In this document: positions 9,397-20,688 of the stretch, one piece after another | Layout of the letters: the number at the start of each line of letters is the position of its first letter | Numbering within the stretch: the stretch's first letter is position 1 | Origin: an uncultured Rivularia sp. | GTDB lineage: Bacteria > Cyanobacteriota > Cyanobacteriia > Cyanobacteriales > Nostocaceae | DNA: 64,000 nucleotides | Reading direction: 5' to 3' | NCBI GenBank assembly: GCA_963665115.1 | Contig: OY762007.1 | Span: 1,056,001-1,120,000, forward strand | Notes under the pieces: model-generated | What the model was told of the DNA's origin: nothing | Database searches by the model: none | What the model saw: only the letters and a program-made list of their open reading frames with translations | Position numbers and translations under genes: made by a program

Positions 9397-12300
9397 ATGG
9401 CTGAAGAACAAGTTAATTTAAAAGACGCATACGTTATCGGAAAAGATAACTTTGCAGCGTGGAGTACGGGCTTAGATGAAAACGACTCCCCATTTGATCT
9501 TGAAGAATATTTAAAAGTATTACCCCACCCTGACGAGAAAGTTGTTTTTAAAGACCCCTTCCTCGATTGGCAGCAAGATCATAAAAATGGAGAATTTAAA
9601 GAGAAAGGTGACGCTGGAACTTACTATTCCAGTTGGGGCCCTGACGAGGTATTAGATGTCACCTTGAATATGTCTGAACTTTCGGAAGTGGAAATCGAAG
9701 GTTTGGGGCTTATAAAAGCAGGAGATGGAGTTATACCTTGGTATGACAATAAAGCCACACCCTACGAAATTTTCAGGGCTTATAACGGCATGGTGCCGGG
9801 TCCAATGATGATTACAGAGCCAGGGGATAAGCTGAGAATAACGCTTGTAAATGACCTAGACCATACAACTAACTTCCACACTCACGGGCTGCACGTATCA
9901 CCTTTGGGTCATGGAGATAATGTTCTTTTTGGATTAGCTCAAGGAGAAACCTGGGAAGTAGAAATTGATATCCCAGAAGACCATTTCATCGGAACTGACT
10001 GGTATCACCCCCACCTGCATGGGGAAACAAATCTAGACGTAGCTTCTGGGTTGAATGGTGTATTGCTGATAAACCCCCCACACGACCTTCCCGATCTCGA
10101 TAAACAAGATCCCACACAAAGACCTTCATTTGTCATGGCTATTAATAGCTTTGGCATTCAGCAAGTAGATAGGCAAGGTCAACCAGATGATCCCCTGAAT
10201 ACAGATATTAGTAAAGCAGTTCCTGCGGGTACGCCTTTAGAAGTATTCGTAGAAGAAAATGGTCAGAAAGTTTATGAGTTATCGGACGCACCTTTTATAG
10301 GCTATAACGCTAAGCCCGAAGGCTACAATCCTGCATTTCCTGCTGGAGACGGCGGATTTTCCCCTGCATATGGAGAAGCTGGTTTAGCTGAACCTGTAGA
10401 AAATATTATTCATACCGTCAACGGTCAATACAACCCGACTCTAGATTTAACGACTGGTGAATGGAATTTGTTCTCCTTCGGTAATTTCAGCGTCAATTCC
10501 TTCCACACAATCCAATTGGTGAAAGAGGAAGACGATGGTTCTCTCACACCTGTGGAAGTTAATTTAGTCGCAATTGATGGTGATGCTGCTGGGGTAGTAG
10601 AAGGCGTAAGAAGACAGATTACACAATTTCCGCTGCTAAATCCCGGATCTCGGACATCTATTCAACACTGGTTTGAGGAACCCGGTAAATATTACCTGCT
10701 AACTAATGCAACGGAAGAAATTCTTGGCGATGATGCCCCAATTTTGACTAAGGAGAAAGGGTTTAATGATGGTCACTTGATTTGGGGTTCCCAAGTTCTA
10801 GCAACAATGGAAGTGACTGGAGAGTCAATTCCAACTGGCGATTTCCCCGAAGCCTACGACAGTTTAACAGAGCAAAGTCAAGAAATTAACGAACTTGTTA
10901 CGGCGGCACAGAACGACGAATTTGATAAAGAACGTACTTTTGAATGGTCGGCTAACGTCGGTGGTGCACTCATTCAAGGTAATTTTCCCGATGACGCGGA
11001 TGTAACAAGTTTCGAGGGAGTCTATACAATCAACGGGGAATATTATTCTAGTGAAGCTGGTGGTGGTATGCCCCCGCTAACTATGCCAATGTTGGGTACG
11101 ACGGAGGTATGGAACGTCGTCAACTCATCGGGAATTAGTGATGAAGATTTGGCTGAAATTGAACTTTTTCCTGGTTTCACTGCTGATATTCCTTTATTAG
11201 AATGGCATCCCTTCCACATTCATCAGAATGATTTTATTGTTTTAGAAATCAACGGCATCCCAGTTGAGGATATTGAGCAAAACTACCTTGCTGGTGTATT
11301 AAGCGATACGCTTGCCTTGCCTCCGAGTCACGAACCTGGCACAGCAACTCCAGAAAATCCCTACGGTATAGCACAGTTCAACGGCGATCCATCGGTTGTC
11401 AGAATCTTGATGGAATTTGAGGATTTTCCTGGTAGTTACGTGAATCATTGCCATATTCTTTTCCATGAAGACGCAGGAATGATGGCGGTTGTCCGAGTAA
11501 TTCTAAATACAGAGGATACTTGGCTTGGTGCGGGGGTCGAATAATAATGGAACTGTAGAGTTATTCAAAGCTAGCAATACACAAGATGGTATTGTGCTAA
11601 ATGCTTACGGTCAAAACTTCACAGGAGAAATTGACCTTGATATTGCTGATGTTAGTCACAAAAAGCCTTTAGCAGAAGATAACTACTATGTAACAGATAA
11701 CGTTACTGACGTAGTAACCATACAACGTTCCTTAGAAAAAGCTGGGGATAAATTTACAGTCAAAATCTTTGATGGTGCGACTTTATTTGAACAGCAAGAA
11801 CAAGGAAATCAAAAACTTGATGGTGAGAATAAAGAACTGCTAATTGAAGATTTTAATCCCTTCAAAGGAATTCAGGTATCTTCCGAACAAAAAGCATCAG
11901 TTGCAACAGGCGATTTAAATGGGGATGGATTTGGTGATATAGTAGTAGGCTTGGGTGGCGGAACTTCTCCATTACTTGAAATATACAGTGGTAAAGATTA
12001 CCGCTTACTTACCAAGATTAATTCCTTTCATCACGAAGATGATTTCACTGGCACCATCAACCTCGCTGTAGGTGATGCGGATGGGGATAACTTTGACGAT
12101 ATCATTGTTGGTCAAGGTAGTGGCGGAAAAGGTCTGGTAGAAATTTACAGTGGTATCGAAATTGACAAACTAATCCGTAACGGTCAAGCAATAAGCCTTG
12201 ATGGTACAGAGGTAGCGCATGAAACCTCTTTGCTGGAAGAAGAATTTCAACCCTACGGTGATTCTTACACTGGAGAAGTAGAAGTAACATCTGGCTACGT

Positions 12301-13807
12301 ACTTCAAACACCCGATTCTCCCAACGGCGAGCGTTCTCAAACCAATAATGCTAACGTTACAACATTGGCAGTTGGTGATGTACCTGATGGTCATGAAAAG
12401 ATAAAGATACATACTTTTCTTGGGGGACATCACGCAGGACATGGAAGTGATGCAGATGATGAAAGTCATTCAGGAGATGATTCTATGGAAATGGATGACT
12501 CCATGGAAATGGATGATTCTATGGAAATGGATGACTCTATGGACATGGATGATTCCGTAGAAATGCGTGTTGATAAAGAATTTACTCCCGATGGAGATAT
12601 TACAGAACTTTCTGGAAGTTTCGCGGATATAGATGGAGTAAGAGGTGAAGGAGTTATATTTGCTCGTCAAGCAGAGGGTGACTATCAATTAATTAACCTT
12701 GAAGACAAGAATGAAGAGGAATTAATAGTCATTGAGTCGATGCTCGCTTCAGTAGAAGAACCAGAAAATCCATTAGTAGCTCCCAAACTGAAGAAAAACA
12801 ATGATAAAGGTATCTTTACCATCCAAGGAAGTCAAACCAAAGTCAAACTAAAAATTAGTCTTACAGAACGTAGTTCTAAAACAGTGAACGAACTGGGAGT
12901 ATTTTTTGTTGATGATGCAGATGGTAATATTGATGGTATTGCTCCTGGAGCATCCGGCTATACTCAAGCAGCTTTAAGACGCTCTAAAGTAGCTTTTTCA
13001 GCGATTGCTAATAATCCTAATGGATTCAATCCTCAAAATCTGACACGGTTACTAGAATTTGATTCTGGTCAAAATGTCAGGTTCGTGTTTGTAAGAAACA
13101 GCACTATTGATATAGCATTATCTGAAACAACAACCAGCAGCGAAGTATTGTTTGCCGATGCTTCTACGCTACAAACTACTGAGTTAAGCGAAGACGAATT
13201 TTCTTTAGCTTGGAAGGATGGTTCTGGCAACAACACAGATTTCAAGGATTTAGTCGTCAAGATTAAAGCAACCGATGATGAATTACCTCTAGGTACGAAT
13301 TTGCAAGGAGATATAGAAGTTCTCGATTTTAGGAATGTCACCACACAAATAAAAGCTGAGTTTATAGTCAACAGAGAAGCAGCTTTTGACAATGAAGTAC
13401 ATTTTTACAAAATCGCTAACGAAGCAGGTGGTATCGATATTGATGGGGATGGTACCGTTGATTTACTACCTGGGGATGAAGGTTATATTAAAGCTGCTAT
13501 CGATGGAGTTGTAGCAGATATTGACCTTAGCGTAAGTAATCAAGGAACGGCGACTTATACAGGAACTTTCGACCCGAACAACTTATTTGCACCATTACTT
13601 ATTGCCAATGGTGGGCAAGAAGAATTTTTAGATGAGGATACTAGTAACGATCCAGAAGTTTACTTTGCATTCTTGGGAGCTAACCCAGGCAATGCAGATC
13701 ACGTTCGCTTGTTAGCTGATAATACTTTTGGATTTGAAGATTTACCAGGTGGTGGCGATTTGGATTATAACGACATCACCGTGCAAGTAAAAGTGAGTTT
13801 GACGTAG
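9397..13807 (+). CDS. Large multicopper oxidase with FG-GAP-like repeats and DUF4114-like C-terminus; frameshift at G5 run 11532-11536
   Basis: All four Cu motifs (HTHG, WYHPHLHG, HPFHIH, HCHILFHEDAGMM) in 9397-11544; GDLNGDGFGDIVVG and GDADGDNFDDIIVG repeats and FGFEDLPGGGDLDYND in 11525-13807; deleting one G joins them as WLGAGSNNNGTVELF (1469 aa). Confidence 0.85.
12476..12565 (+). repeat. Five 18-bp coding tandem repeats (DDSMEM)
   Basis: GATGAyTCyATGGAAATG x5 with minor variation. Confidence 0.95.
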
Positions 13808-13835
13808 TTCTGAAAAAATTTAGAAATAACAAGAT

Positions 13836-13876
13836 TAACGCAAGCCCTCCTTAAAAAGAGCTTGCGTTAGTTTTTA
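13836..13876 (+). terminator. Intrinsic terminator after the oxidase gene
   Basis: TAACGCAAGC...GCTTGCGTTA followed by a T tract. Confidence 0.7.
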
Positions 13877-14312
13877 TAGCTGCACGGACAATCCTTGCTC
13901 TGACTTCTAGCTTAGAGAGAGAGAATGATAAGTACTTAGACAAAATTAATTGTAGATCCACTCACTATAGGTGACTCTAAGCTTAATAAGCGTGCCATTT
14001 GTCTATAGGATTACGTTGTGTGTATCCTAACAAACATGCTAACGCTAGCCGCTAAAGAGCCGGATATAGTCACGTTATTTTTTGCATAAGTCCCGATCTA
14101 TTCAAACAAATGCTTAGATCTAAAAGTTGATAAAAGTTGATAGAAGTTGATATGTTTTTTGAATAATATTGACAATCAATCAATTTACAGCTTAAGAAAT
14201 AGTATATCCATTGAATAATAGCTACAAATAATGCAAAATTAGTTTTTATATTTACCAATATGGAGATGTCAATTTTCACTACTATTCAGAAGCATGATTA
14301 TGCAGGCACATT

Positions 14313-14417
14313 TACAGCAGATTTCATTTAAGTGAGGTACACATCGTTTCTAGAGGAAGTAGGGAGTAGGGAGTAGGGAGTAGGGAAATGTACCTCATAT
14401 ACCTGCAAAGTGCTTTA
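14313..14417. mobile_element. MITE-like element with internal STRR (4x AGTAGGG), copy 1
   Basis: Matches 28561-28707 except for repeat number and one base in the right end; TACAGCA left end, internal TGAGGTACA/TGTACCTCA inverted repeat. Confidence 0.8.
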
Positions 14418-14693
14418 TCAAGATTTTGCTGGTTCCCGTCAGAATATACTCTACTAAAATCAAATATGCTATATATTATATCTAAATAATTGGTAGCTCA
14501 TAAATTGACGATAGCCTATAGAGTAAATAAATTGCCTTGTTTCTTGATTTCTCTATTCATTGATTAAACTACCTACAAAGATAAAAAATATTTAAAAGCA
14601 AAAATATTAATCTTATTTCCTGATTTTTATTTTTTAATATAAGCTATTGAAATATAACATCTTGGTTTTAAATATAATAAATTAATTAACTGT

Positions 14694-14788
14694 AAAATAA
14701 ACGTGACATTCTGTTCCAGTGTGATTAAACTGGAGTGAAGAGAATAGTGCATAGCGTCATGATATAAAACAAATTTTATTTGAATAAG
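14694..14788 (+). promoter_or_regulatory. Duplicated promoter-like block, copy 1
   Basis: AAAATAAAC-GTGACA-N17-TAAACT; first 20 nt identical to 15711-15730. Confidence 0.65.
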
Positions 14789-14964
14789 CATATCAATTTA
14801 TTGCCGTCGTTTTGTACTAATACAAACGAACAAGGGAGAACCAAGAAATAAACTGTTCTACCCTTTTATTCTCTTTAAGTGCCTTAAATGAATCGCCCTT
14901 CTTTTTTTTTTCAAACCAAAATCATACATTAGACTCAAGTAATTAGGAATTATCAGGAGTAATA

Positions 14965-15303
14965 ATGACTACTACAATCAGCGAAAAAGATAGTGTACTT
15001 ACTGTAATTAATATCTTTACAGTTAAACCAGACCAGCAGAAGCAATTAGTAGAACACCTAGTAAGTAATCTCGAAACAGCTAAGAAGCAACCAGGCTTCA
15101 TATCTGCTAATATTCATCAAAGTTTGGACGGTACGCGGGTTGTTAATTATGCTCAATGGAGTAGCCAAGAATCGTTAGAATCAGCTCTTCAAAACCAGGA
15201 ATTTATGGGTCCAGTAAAAAAGGCTGTAGAGTTTCCTCATGAGTTCCATCGATACGAAGTCGTCTCCACAATTCAAGCGGAAAAGGTAACTTCTGTGCAT
15301 TAA
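14965..15303 (+). CDS. Antibiotic biosynthesis monooxygenase (ABM) family protein
   Basis: VINIFTVKP, QPGFISANIHQSLDGTRVVNYAQW; AGGAG RBS. Confidence 0.92.
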   Translation: MTTTISEKDSVLTVINIFTVKPDQQKQLVEHLVSNLETAKKQPGFISANIHQSLDGTRVVNYAQWSSQESLESALQNQEFMGPVKKAVEFPHEFHRYEVVSTIQAEKVTSVH

Positions 15304-15487
15304 GATAGAACACTCACTAATTCAATTTGACAGATATAGTGGTTTGAGTTCGATACAATAACCCCCATGCTTCCGGCACTTTTTTTATTAAGTAAAGATA
15401 TAAAGTTTGCCAGAGTAAGTGTATTAAACTCAAGAAAAAAGTGCGATGTTTGTCTAAAATGAGTACGATTCACTTCCGCATGGATTT

Positions 15488-15519
15488 TCAACTATCCCCT
15501 ACTTGAAAGCTAGGGGCTT
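15488..15519. mobile_element. Possible orphan IS200/IS605-type end hairpin
   Basis: TCAACTATCCCCTA-cttgaaagc-TAGGGGCTT resembles GTCAACTACCCC...GGGCTT ends; no transposase nearby. Confidence 0.35.
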
Positions 15520-15710
15520 ATTTTTATCCAAAATTCTAAACTAGTGCATTCGGTATAAAGAAGTAACTCATTCCAAATAGATAAAATGCTTGCTATATAA
15601 GCATTTTGAATGTTTAAATTTGAATGAATTTGTGTTGTACTAATGGTATGCTCTGCAAACTATGCCGGGTAAATAATAGTAACAAAAAGTTATTTTCAAG
15701 AATTAACAAT

Positions 15711-15808
15711 AAAATAAACGTGACATTCTGCTCTAATATTATTAGACTAGTGTGAAGACAATAATTAATTGTGTTAATTTTATGTAAATTAAGCTTGATT
15801 TGAATAAG
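15711..15808 (+). promoter_or_regulatory. Duplicated promoter-like block, copy 2
   Basis: AAAATAAAC-GTGACA-N17-TAGACT, then GTGAAGA and ATTTGAATAAG as in copy 1. Confidence 0.65.
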
Positions 15809-15940
15809 TATTTTACGTAAGTTTCATCATCTAATTGACGCAGAGACTTATTCAAAGTTCTCCATCGCGTAAGCCTGCAAATTATAACTTTAAGAAAGTC
15901 TAAGTTCCCAAACTGATGACTAAATACATAACCCTTGTCT

Positions 15941-16867
15941 ATGAATACTCAGCGTCTCGAAAAGTTTGGAATTAACCTATCTATTTTTGGCTCTTTATCT
16001 ATGGCTATCTTGGGCATCTCTTATGGATTGTATATAGAGTCCGCAGCGGTGATGCTCGATGGCTTCTTTAACATCATTAGTTTTTCAATGGCATTAGCCA
16101 CCAAATGGATTTCTTGGCTTGTGCAACGTCCGGAGGGGAATACTTTCCAGTTTGGCTATAAAGGTACTGTACCCTTGCTTAACCTTTGCAAAGGGCTATT
16201 AATTGGTGGACTCTCCGTGTTTGCCTTTATTTCTGCAATTGGTGCATTATTGCATGGTGGAAGAGAGCTTAATGCAGGTTCGGCGGTAATTTATGCTGCA
16301 ATTGCAGCGTCAGTAGGTTTGTTAATCTCGGTAACGCAAACTGCGATCGCCAAAAAAACTGGCTCTCCAATAGTTCGTGTAGATGCTCAGAATTGGATGA
16401 TTAACGGGTTCATCAGTCTTTGTGTTGGGTTGGCTTTCGGTATTGTCACTCTGATTCAAAATACTCCATTATCTTGGTTTGTTCCCTATGCAGATTCTAC
16501 GCTTGTAACTGTCCTAGTAGTACTTGCTTTTCCTATGCCAGCCAAAGTTGTGATGGAAAGCATCAAGCAGCTTTTATTAGGTGCTCCTGAAGCAGATATA
16601 CAACAACGAGTTAATCGAGTCGTTGAAGATACAACGACTAAATTTCCTTGTGCTAGCCATTGTTTGAGAATGACTCAAGCCGGACAGGATATATATTTGC
16701 ATCTTCACTGGTTGTTTCCTCAAGAAGAGAAGCTAACAACTATTGAAACAGTAGATACAATGCGCGATAAAATCACCCATATTGTCATTCAGGAAATTCC
16801 CACCGCAACTCTTGATATAATTTTTACCCAGGATGAAAAATGGTTTGGAATGATTAATCCTCAATAA
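15941..16867 (+). CDS. Cation diffusion facilitator (CDF) family transporter
   Basis: About 6 TM helices, SAAVMLDGFF, FQFGY, YADS, soluble C-terminal domain. Confidence 0.82.
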   Translation: MNTQRLEKFGINLSIFGSLSMAILGISYGLYIESAAVMLDGFFNIISFSMALATKWISWLVQRPEGNTFQFGYKGTVPLLNLCKGLLIGGLSVFAFISAIGALLHGGRELNAGSAVIYAAIAASVGLLISVTQTAIAKKTGSPIVRVDAQNWMINGFISLCVGLAFGIVTLIQNTPLSWFVPYADSTLVTVLVVLAFPMPAKVVMESIKQLLLGAPEADIQQRVNRVVEDTTTKFPCASHCLRMTQAGQDIYLHLHWLFPQEEKLTTIETVDTMRDKITHIVIQEIPTATLDIIFTQDEKWFGMINPQ

Positions 16868-16895
16868 ATAGATGATTTAACAAAAAATTAAACAA

Positions 16896-18875
16896 ATGTT
16901 CCAATTTAGAAATTTAGCGGCTAATCAAATTTTAGCTATCTGCGTAATTCCTGTTTTATCACTTATTACTAGTATCAATCAATCTAAGGCTGAAACAGTA
17001 GATAGTTCAGTTATTAACCAATCATTAAGAACTTCGGCAGTTTCAAAAAATAATCCAAGTTCAGAACGTTTAATCAAGATTCTTAAAACTAAGACTAAAA
17101 CTAATAAAAATAATCTGACTTCTGTTACTATTTCAAATAAAAAGCAAGTTGTTACTAAAGAGAGCATCTTGTTCGACAATAAAAATAACGACCATACTTC
17201 TAAATCTAAGTCCTTAAAAAGATTTGATAATCATTTTAAGGAATCTCAAACACAATTTATAGAAGTAAATCCTCACATAAACCGACTTTTACCTCATAAA
17301 TCTACTGTAGAATCGAATGCAGACGTTATCGAATCTATCGAACTTAACAGCACTAAGAAGATTGCCAATAATCCTATGGGGCAAGTTAATAGTGTTTCTC
17401 AGTTTGCTGACGTGCAACCTAGCGACTGGGCATTTCAAGCTTTGCAATCTCTGGTAGAGCGCTATGGTTGTATTGCAGGTTATCCCAATGGTAGTTTTCG
17501 CGGCAATCGTGCGATGACTCGTTATGAATTTGCTGCGGGGTTAAATTCTTGTGTAGATAGAATAAATGAATTAATCGCAACTGCAACTTCTGAGGTAGTG
17601 AGTCAAGAAGACTTAGCGGCTTTAAATCGTTTGGAAACAGAATTTACAACCGAATTAACGAGCTTACGCGGTCGGGTGGATGCTTTAGAAGCACGTACTG
17701 CTGATTTAGAAGCAAATCAATTTTCCACTACCACTAGGCTTTTAGGGAATGTAACTCTGCAAACGAATAGTTATTTTTCAGGAGATGGCGACCCGCAAAC
17801 TACAATTCAATCTCTTGCTTTTCTTGGTTTATTAACTAGCTTTACTGGTCGAGATTTATTGCTAACGGGTATAGCTACTACAAACACAACTTTTCCCGAT
17901 TTGGCCACAACTAATAACGGCAGAGATGTTGGTTCTACAAGAGAAGGTGCGAGCGCTAATTCCAGTCCCGGCGACCAAAACAATAGTTTCCGAATTGTTG
18001 GATTAGAGTATCAATTTCCCGTCACCGATAACTTAATGGTCGATTTGATTGCTGCAAATCGCTATCGTTTTAACCCCATTCAACTGAAAAAATTTGCGCC
18101 GTATTACGTTAGGGGTGTTGGACCTGTCAGCACTTTTGCCACCGCACCTCCTATATACCTGATTGGAGGAGGTTCGGGAATATCGGCTCGTTATAAACTG
18201 TTGGACTCAACCAGCATAAATATGAGCTATATCGCATCTCCTGGCAGTATTTCAAGTTTAGGTGGATTATTTAACGGAGATTATATAGCCGCAGCAGAAA
18301 TTAACTATAATCCCAATCCTGGTTTATATTTACAATTCGCGTATCAACACGGTTACTTCGGTCCTGGTAATTTTGCTTTCAATAACGGTCAAAGTTTTAG
18401 AGATAATGGTTTTATTGGTAGTGCTTTAGCAAACCGCTTTGATAATGCTGGTGTTTTATTTGAAGACGCATCTGCTGTGAGTACTAACGCTTATTCGCTT
18501 GGTGGTTATTTCGCTATTAGCCCTGGAGTCACAATAGGCGGTTGGGCAAACCTAATAAAAGCTAGACTTCTTGGTAAAGGAGATGCCGATATTTGGTCTT
18601 ACTCGATTCAAGCTGCTTTTCCCGATTTGTTTAAAAAAGGAAATCACGGAGGCTTGATTGTAGGTATGGAACCTACTCTTACAGGTTTGAAAAGTAGTCT
18701 TGCCTCCGCAGATTTTAAGAATGATACGTCACTGCATATAGAAGCTTATTACACTCATCAGATATCGGATAAAATCTCTATAGCCCCTTCTATTACTTGG
18801 ATTACAGCACCAAACCAAGACCGAGATAATGAAGATATTGTTATTGGTGGACTAAGAACAACTTTCAGCTTTTGA
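16896..18875 (+). CDS. Cyanobacterial porin (SLH + OprB-type, iron-uptake porin family)
   Basis: FADVQPSDWAFQALQSLVERYGCIAGYP, TRYEFAAGLN, LEANQFSTTT, terminal LRTTFSF. Confidence 0.95.
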   Translation: MFQFRNLAANQILAICVIPVLSLITSINQSKAETVDSSVINQSLRTSAVSKNNPSSERLIKILKTKTKTNKNNLTSVTISNKKQVVTKESILFDNKNNDHTSKSKSLKRFDNHFKESQTQFIEVNPHINRLLPHKSTVESNADVIESIELNSTKKIANNPMGQVNSVSQFADVQPSDWAFQALQSLVERYGCIAGYPNGSFRGNRAMTRYEFAAGLNSCVDRINELIATATSEVVSQEDLAALNRLETEFTTELTSLRGRVDALEARTADLEANQFSTTTRLLGNVTLQTNSYFSGDGDPQTTIQSLAFLGLLTSFTGRDLLLTGIATTNTTFPDLATTNNGRDVGSTREGASANSSPGDQNNSFRIVGLEYQFPVTDNLMVDLIAANRYRFNPIQLKKFAPYYVRGVGPVSTFATAPPIYLIGGGSGISARYKLLDSTSINMSYIASPGSISSLGGLFNGDYIAAAEINYNPNPGLYLQFAYQHGYFGPGNFAFNNGQSFRDNGFIGSALANRFDNAGVLFEDASAVSTNAYSLGGYFAISPGVTIGGWANLIKARLLGKGDADIWSYSIQAAFPDLFKKGNHGGLIVGMEPTLTGLKSSLASADFKNDTSLHIEAYYTHQISDKISIAPSITWITAPNQDRDNEDIVIGGLRTTFSF

Positions 18876-18911
18876 CAATTGTAAATCTAAAATCTAAGAT
18901 CTAAAACTTAA

Positions 18912-19508
18912 ATGACTAATCAACCCGAAATTCTTGCTTTTGCAGGCAGCGTTCGCGAGGCATCTTTGAACAAAAAGCTTGTCCAAATTGCCGCTACAGG
19001 AGCTAAAGCCGCCGGTGCTGAGGTGACTTATATCGATCTCAAAGATTATCCGATGCCCTTATTCAATGAGGATTTGGAAGCGAAAGAGGGATTACCGCAA
19101 GCGGTTATTAAATTAAAAACATTAATGAAAGCCCATCAAGGGTTTCTTATTGCTTGTCCCGAGTACAACAGTTCTATTACTCCCTTACTCAAAAATACTA
19201 TTGATTGGGTATCGCGGCCTTCATCAGGGGAAGCACCAATGGCTTTAAGCTGCTTCCGAGGTAAGGTGGCTGCAATCATGGCAACTTCACCAGGTGGACT
19301 GGGAGGCTTGCGCGGATTAGTTCACCTGCGTTCTATCTTAGAAAGTATTGGCGTGCTTGTCATACCCGAACAAAAGGCTATAAGCAATGCATATCAAGCT
19401 CTTGATGATAACGGGCACCTGATAGATGTCAAACAAAAAGAGGCGATCGCGCTTATTGGTGCAAGGTTAACTGAAGTTACAGCGAAACTAAATGCTCTTA
19501 TTAACTAA
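18912..19508 (+). CDS. NADPH-dependent FMN reductase (ChrR/SsuE-like)
   Basis: AGSVREASLN, CPEYNSSI, LKNTIDWVSR, TSPGGLGG. Confidence 0.93.
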   Translation: MTNQPEILAFAGSVREASLNKKLVQIAATGAKAAGAEVTYIDLKDYPMPLFNEDLEAKEGLPQAVIKLKTLMKAHQGFLIACPEYNSSITPLLKNTIDWVSRPSSGEAPMALSCFRGKVAAIMATSPGGLGGLRGLVHLRSILESIGVLVIPEQKAISNAYQALDDNGHLIDVKQKEAIALIGARLTEVTAKLNALIN

Positions 19509-20141
19509 TTGTTTTTACAATACTAAATAATGGCTGTAAATAGGCTAATAGCTTGCTTGATAAGTCAATAAGCGATGGAAAAGATTATTTATTATCAGCA
19601 AAAAAAGGTTTTATTGCTACCTCTATTGCACCTATGACGAATGGTAGTTATACTTAGCAAGTAATTGTAATAAGTTACATTTTATAAATATAAGTTGATG
19701 AATATAATCGCACAACTTATTTGTCAATATTTCATTTTCTTGTGACTCCTTAGTCAATTTATATATTTTTATCGTCATTCAATAGGCAATTACTATATGT
19801 GATTATTAAAAATAAAACGCTACATAGGCATCGGTTTTATTCGCTAATAAATCAATATGTACAAATGTTTGCGAATAAATGTACATAAAAAAATTGCCGA
19901 ATTCTTTTTCCCAGTTTATGCTGGATGTTAAGTAAGTTTAGTCTTGCACTCTGAAGTAAAAATTACAATATAGAGTTAAGGTTATGTTCATTGCATTACT
20001 TACTCATATATCTGCGATGCATCAGAAGTAAGTCTTTTGCTAAATAATTAAGATTTTTCACACTTATCGGAAAATAACGCCAGCAACTGATTGCCAATTT
20101 CATTTTTTAGTAGTGAAAGCATTCGAGGAGGAATACATAAA

Positions 20142-20504
20142 ATGCAAGTGGAAAATAAGAAGTACGATAACGCGGTTTTGGATGATATCGAACTTCAAGA
20201 AGGTTTGAAACAGATAAATCCTAAATTCGGTGATTTTGTAACTCGGGTAGCTGGTGAAGCTTGGGGTTTACCTTTAATCGACCAAAAGACTAAGGCTTTG
20301 ATTACTATTGCTGTAGATATAGTTAATCAGGATCAGGTGGGACCGGGAAATCCTTTCGGCGCTCATGTAAATATGGCTCTCCAACAAGGAGCAACTCCGG
20401 CAGAAATTGAAGAATTACTATTGTTCATGTGCGTTTATGCTGGTTTCAATAAGGTTGCTGGTTGTTTTGGGATGCTAAACGAAGTTTTAGAAGCATCATC
20501 CTAA
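20142..20504 (+). CDS. Carboxymuconolactone decarboxylase (CMD) family protein
   Basis: AGEAWG, IDQKTKALITIA, HVNMALQQGAT..EIEELL, VYAGF; GAGGAGG RBS before ATG 20142; no AhpD CxxC. Confidence 0.88.
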   Translation: MQVENKKYDNAVLDDIELQEGLKQINPKFGDFVTRVAGEAWGLPLIDQKTKALITIAVDIVNQDQVGPGNPFGAHVNMALQQGATPAEIEELLLFMCVYAGFNKVAGCFGMLNEVLEASS

Positions 20505-20688
20505 TCCGAATATAGCCATTACAGCAAGAGTGGAAGTATTAGGGCAACAGTAATATTTCTTAATTTAATCTTCTGTGATATCTGGCATGAAAATTTTTCT
20601 CCACCTGCGGGTTTTCTCAACAACTCCTTGATATTATTCAGGGTTAAACTTTTTTTGAATCGTAATCACATAAAAGGAGATTCTCAGA

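Noticed and set aside
11525..13807. Independent 760-aa gene
   Set aside because: TTG start without RBS overlapping the oxidase end; better explained by a single-base frameshift
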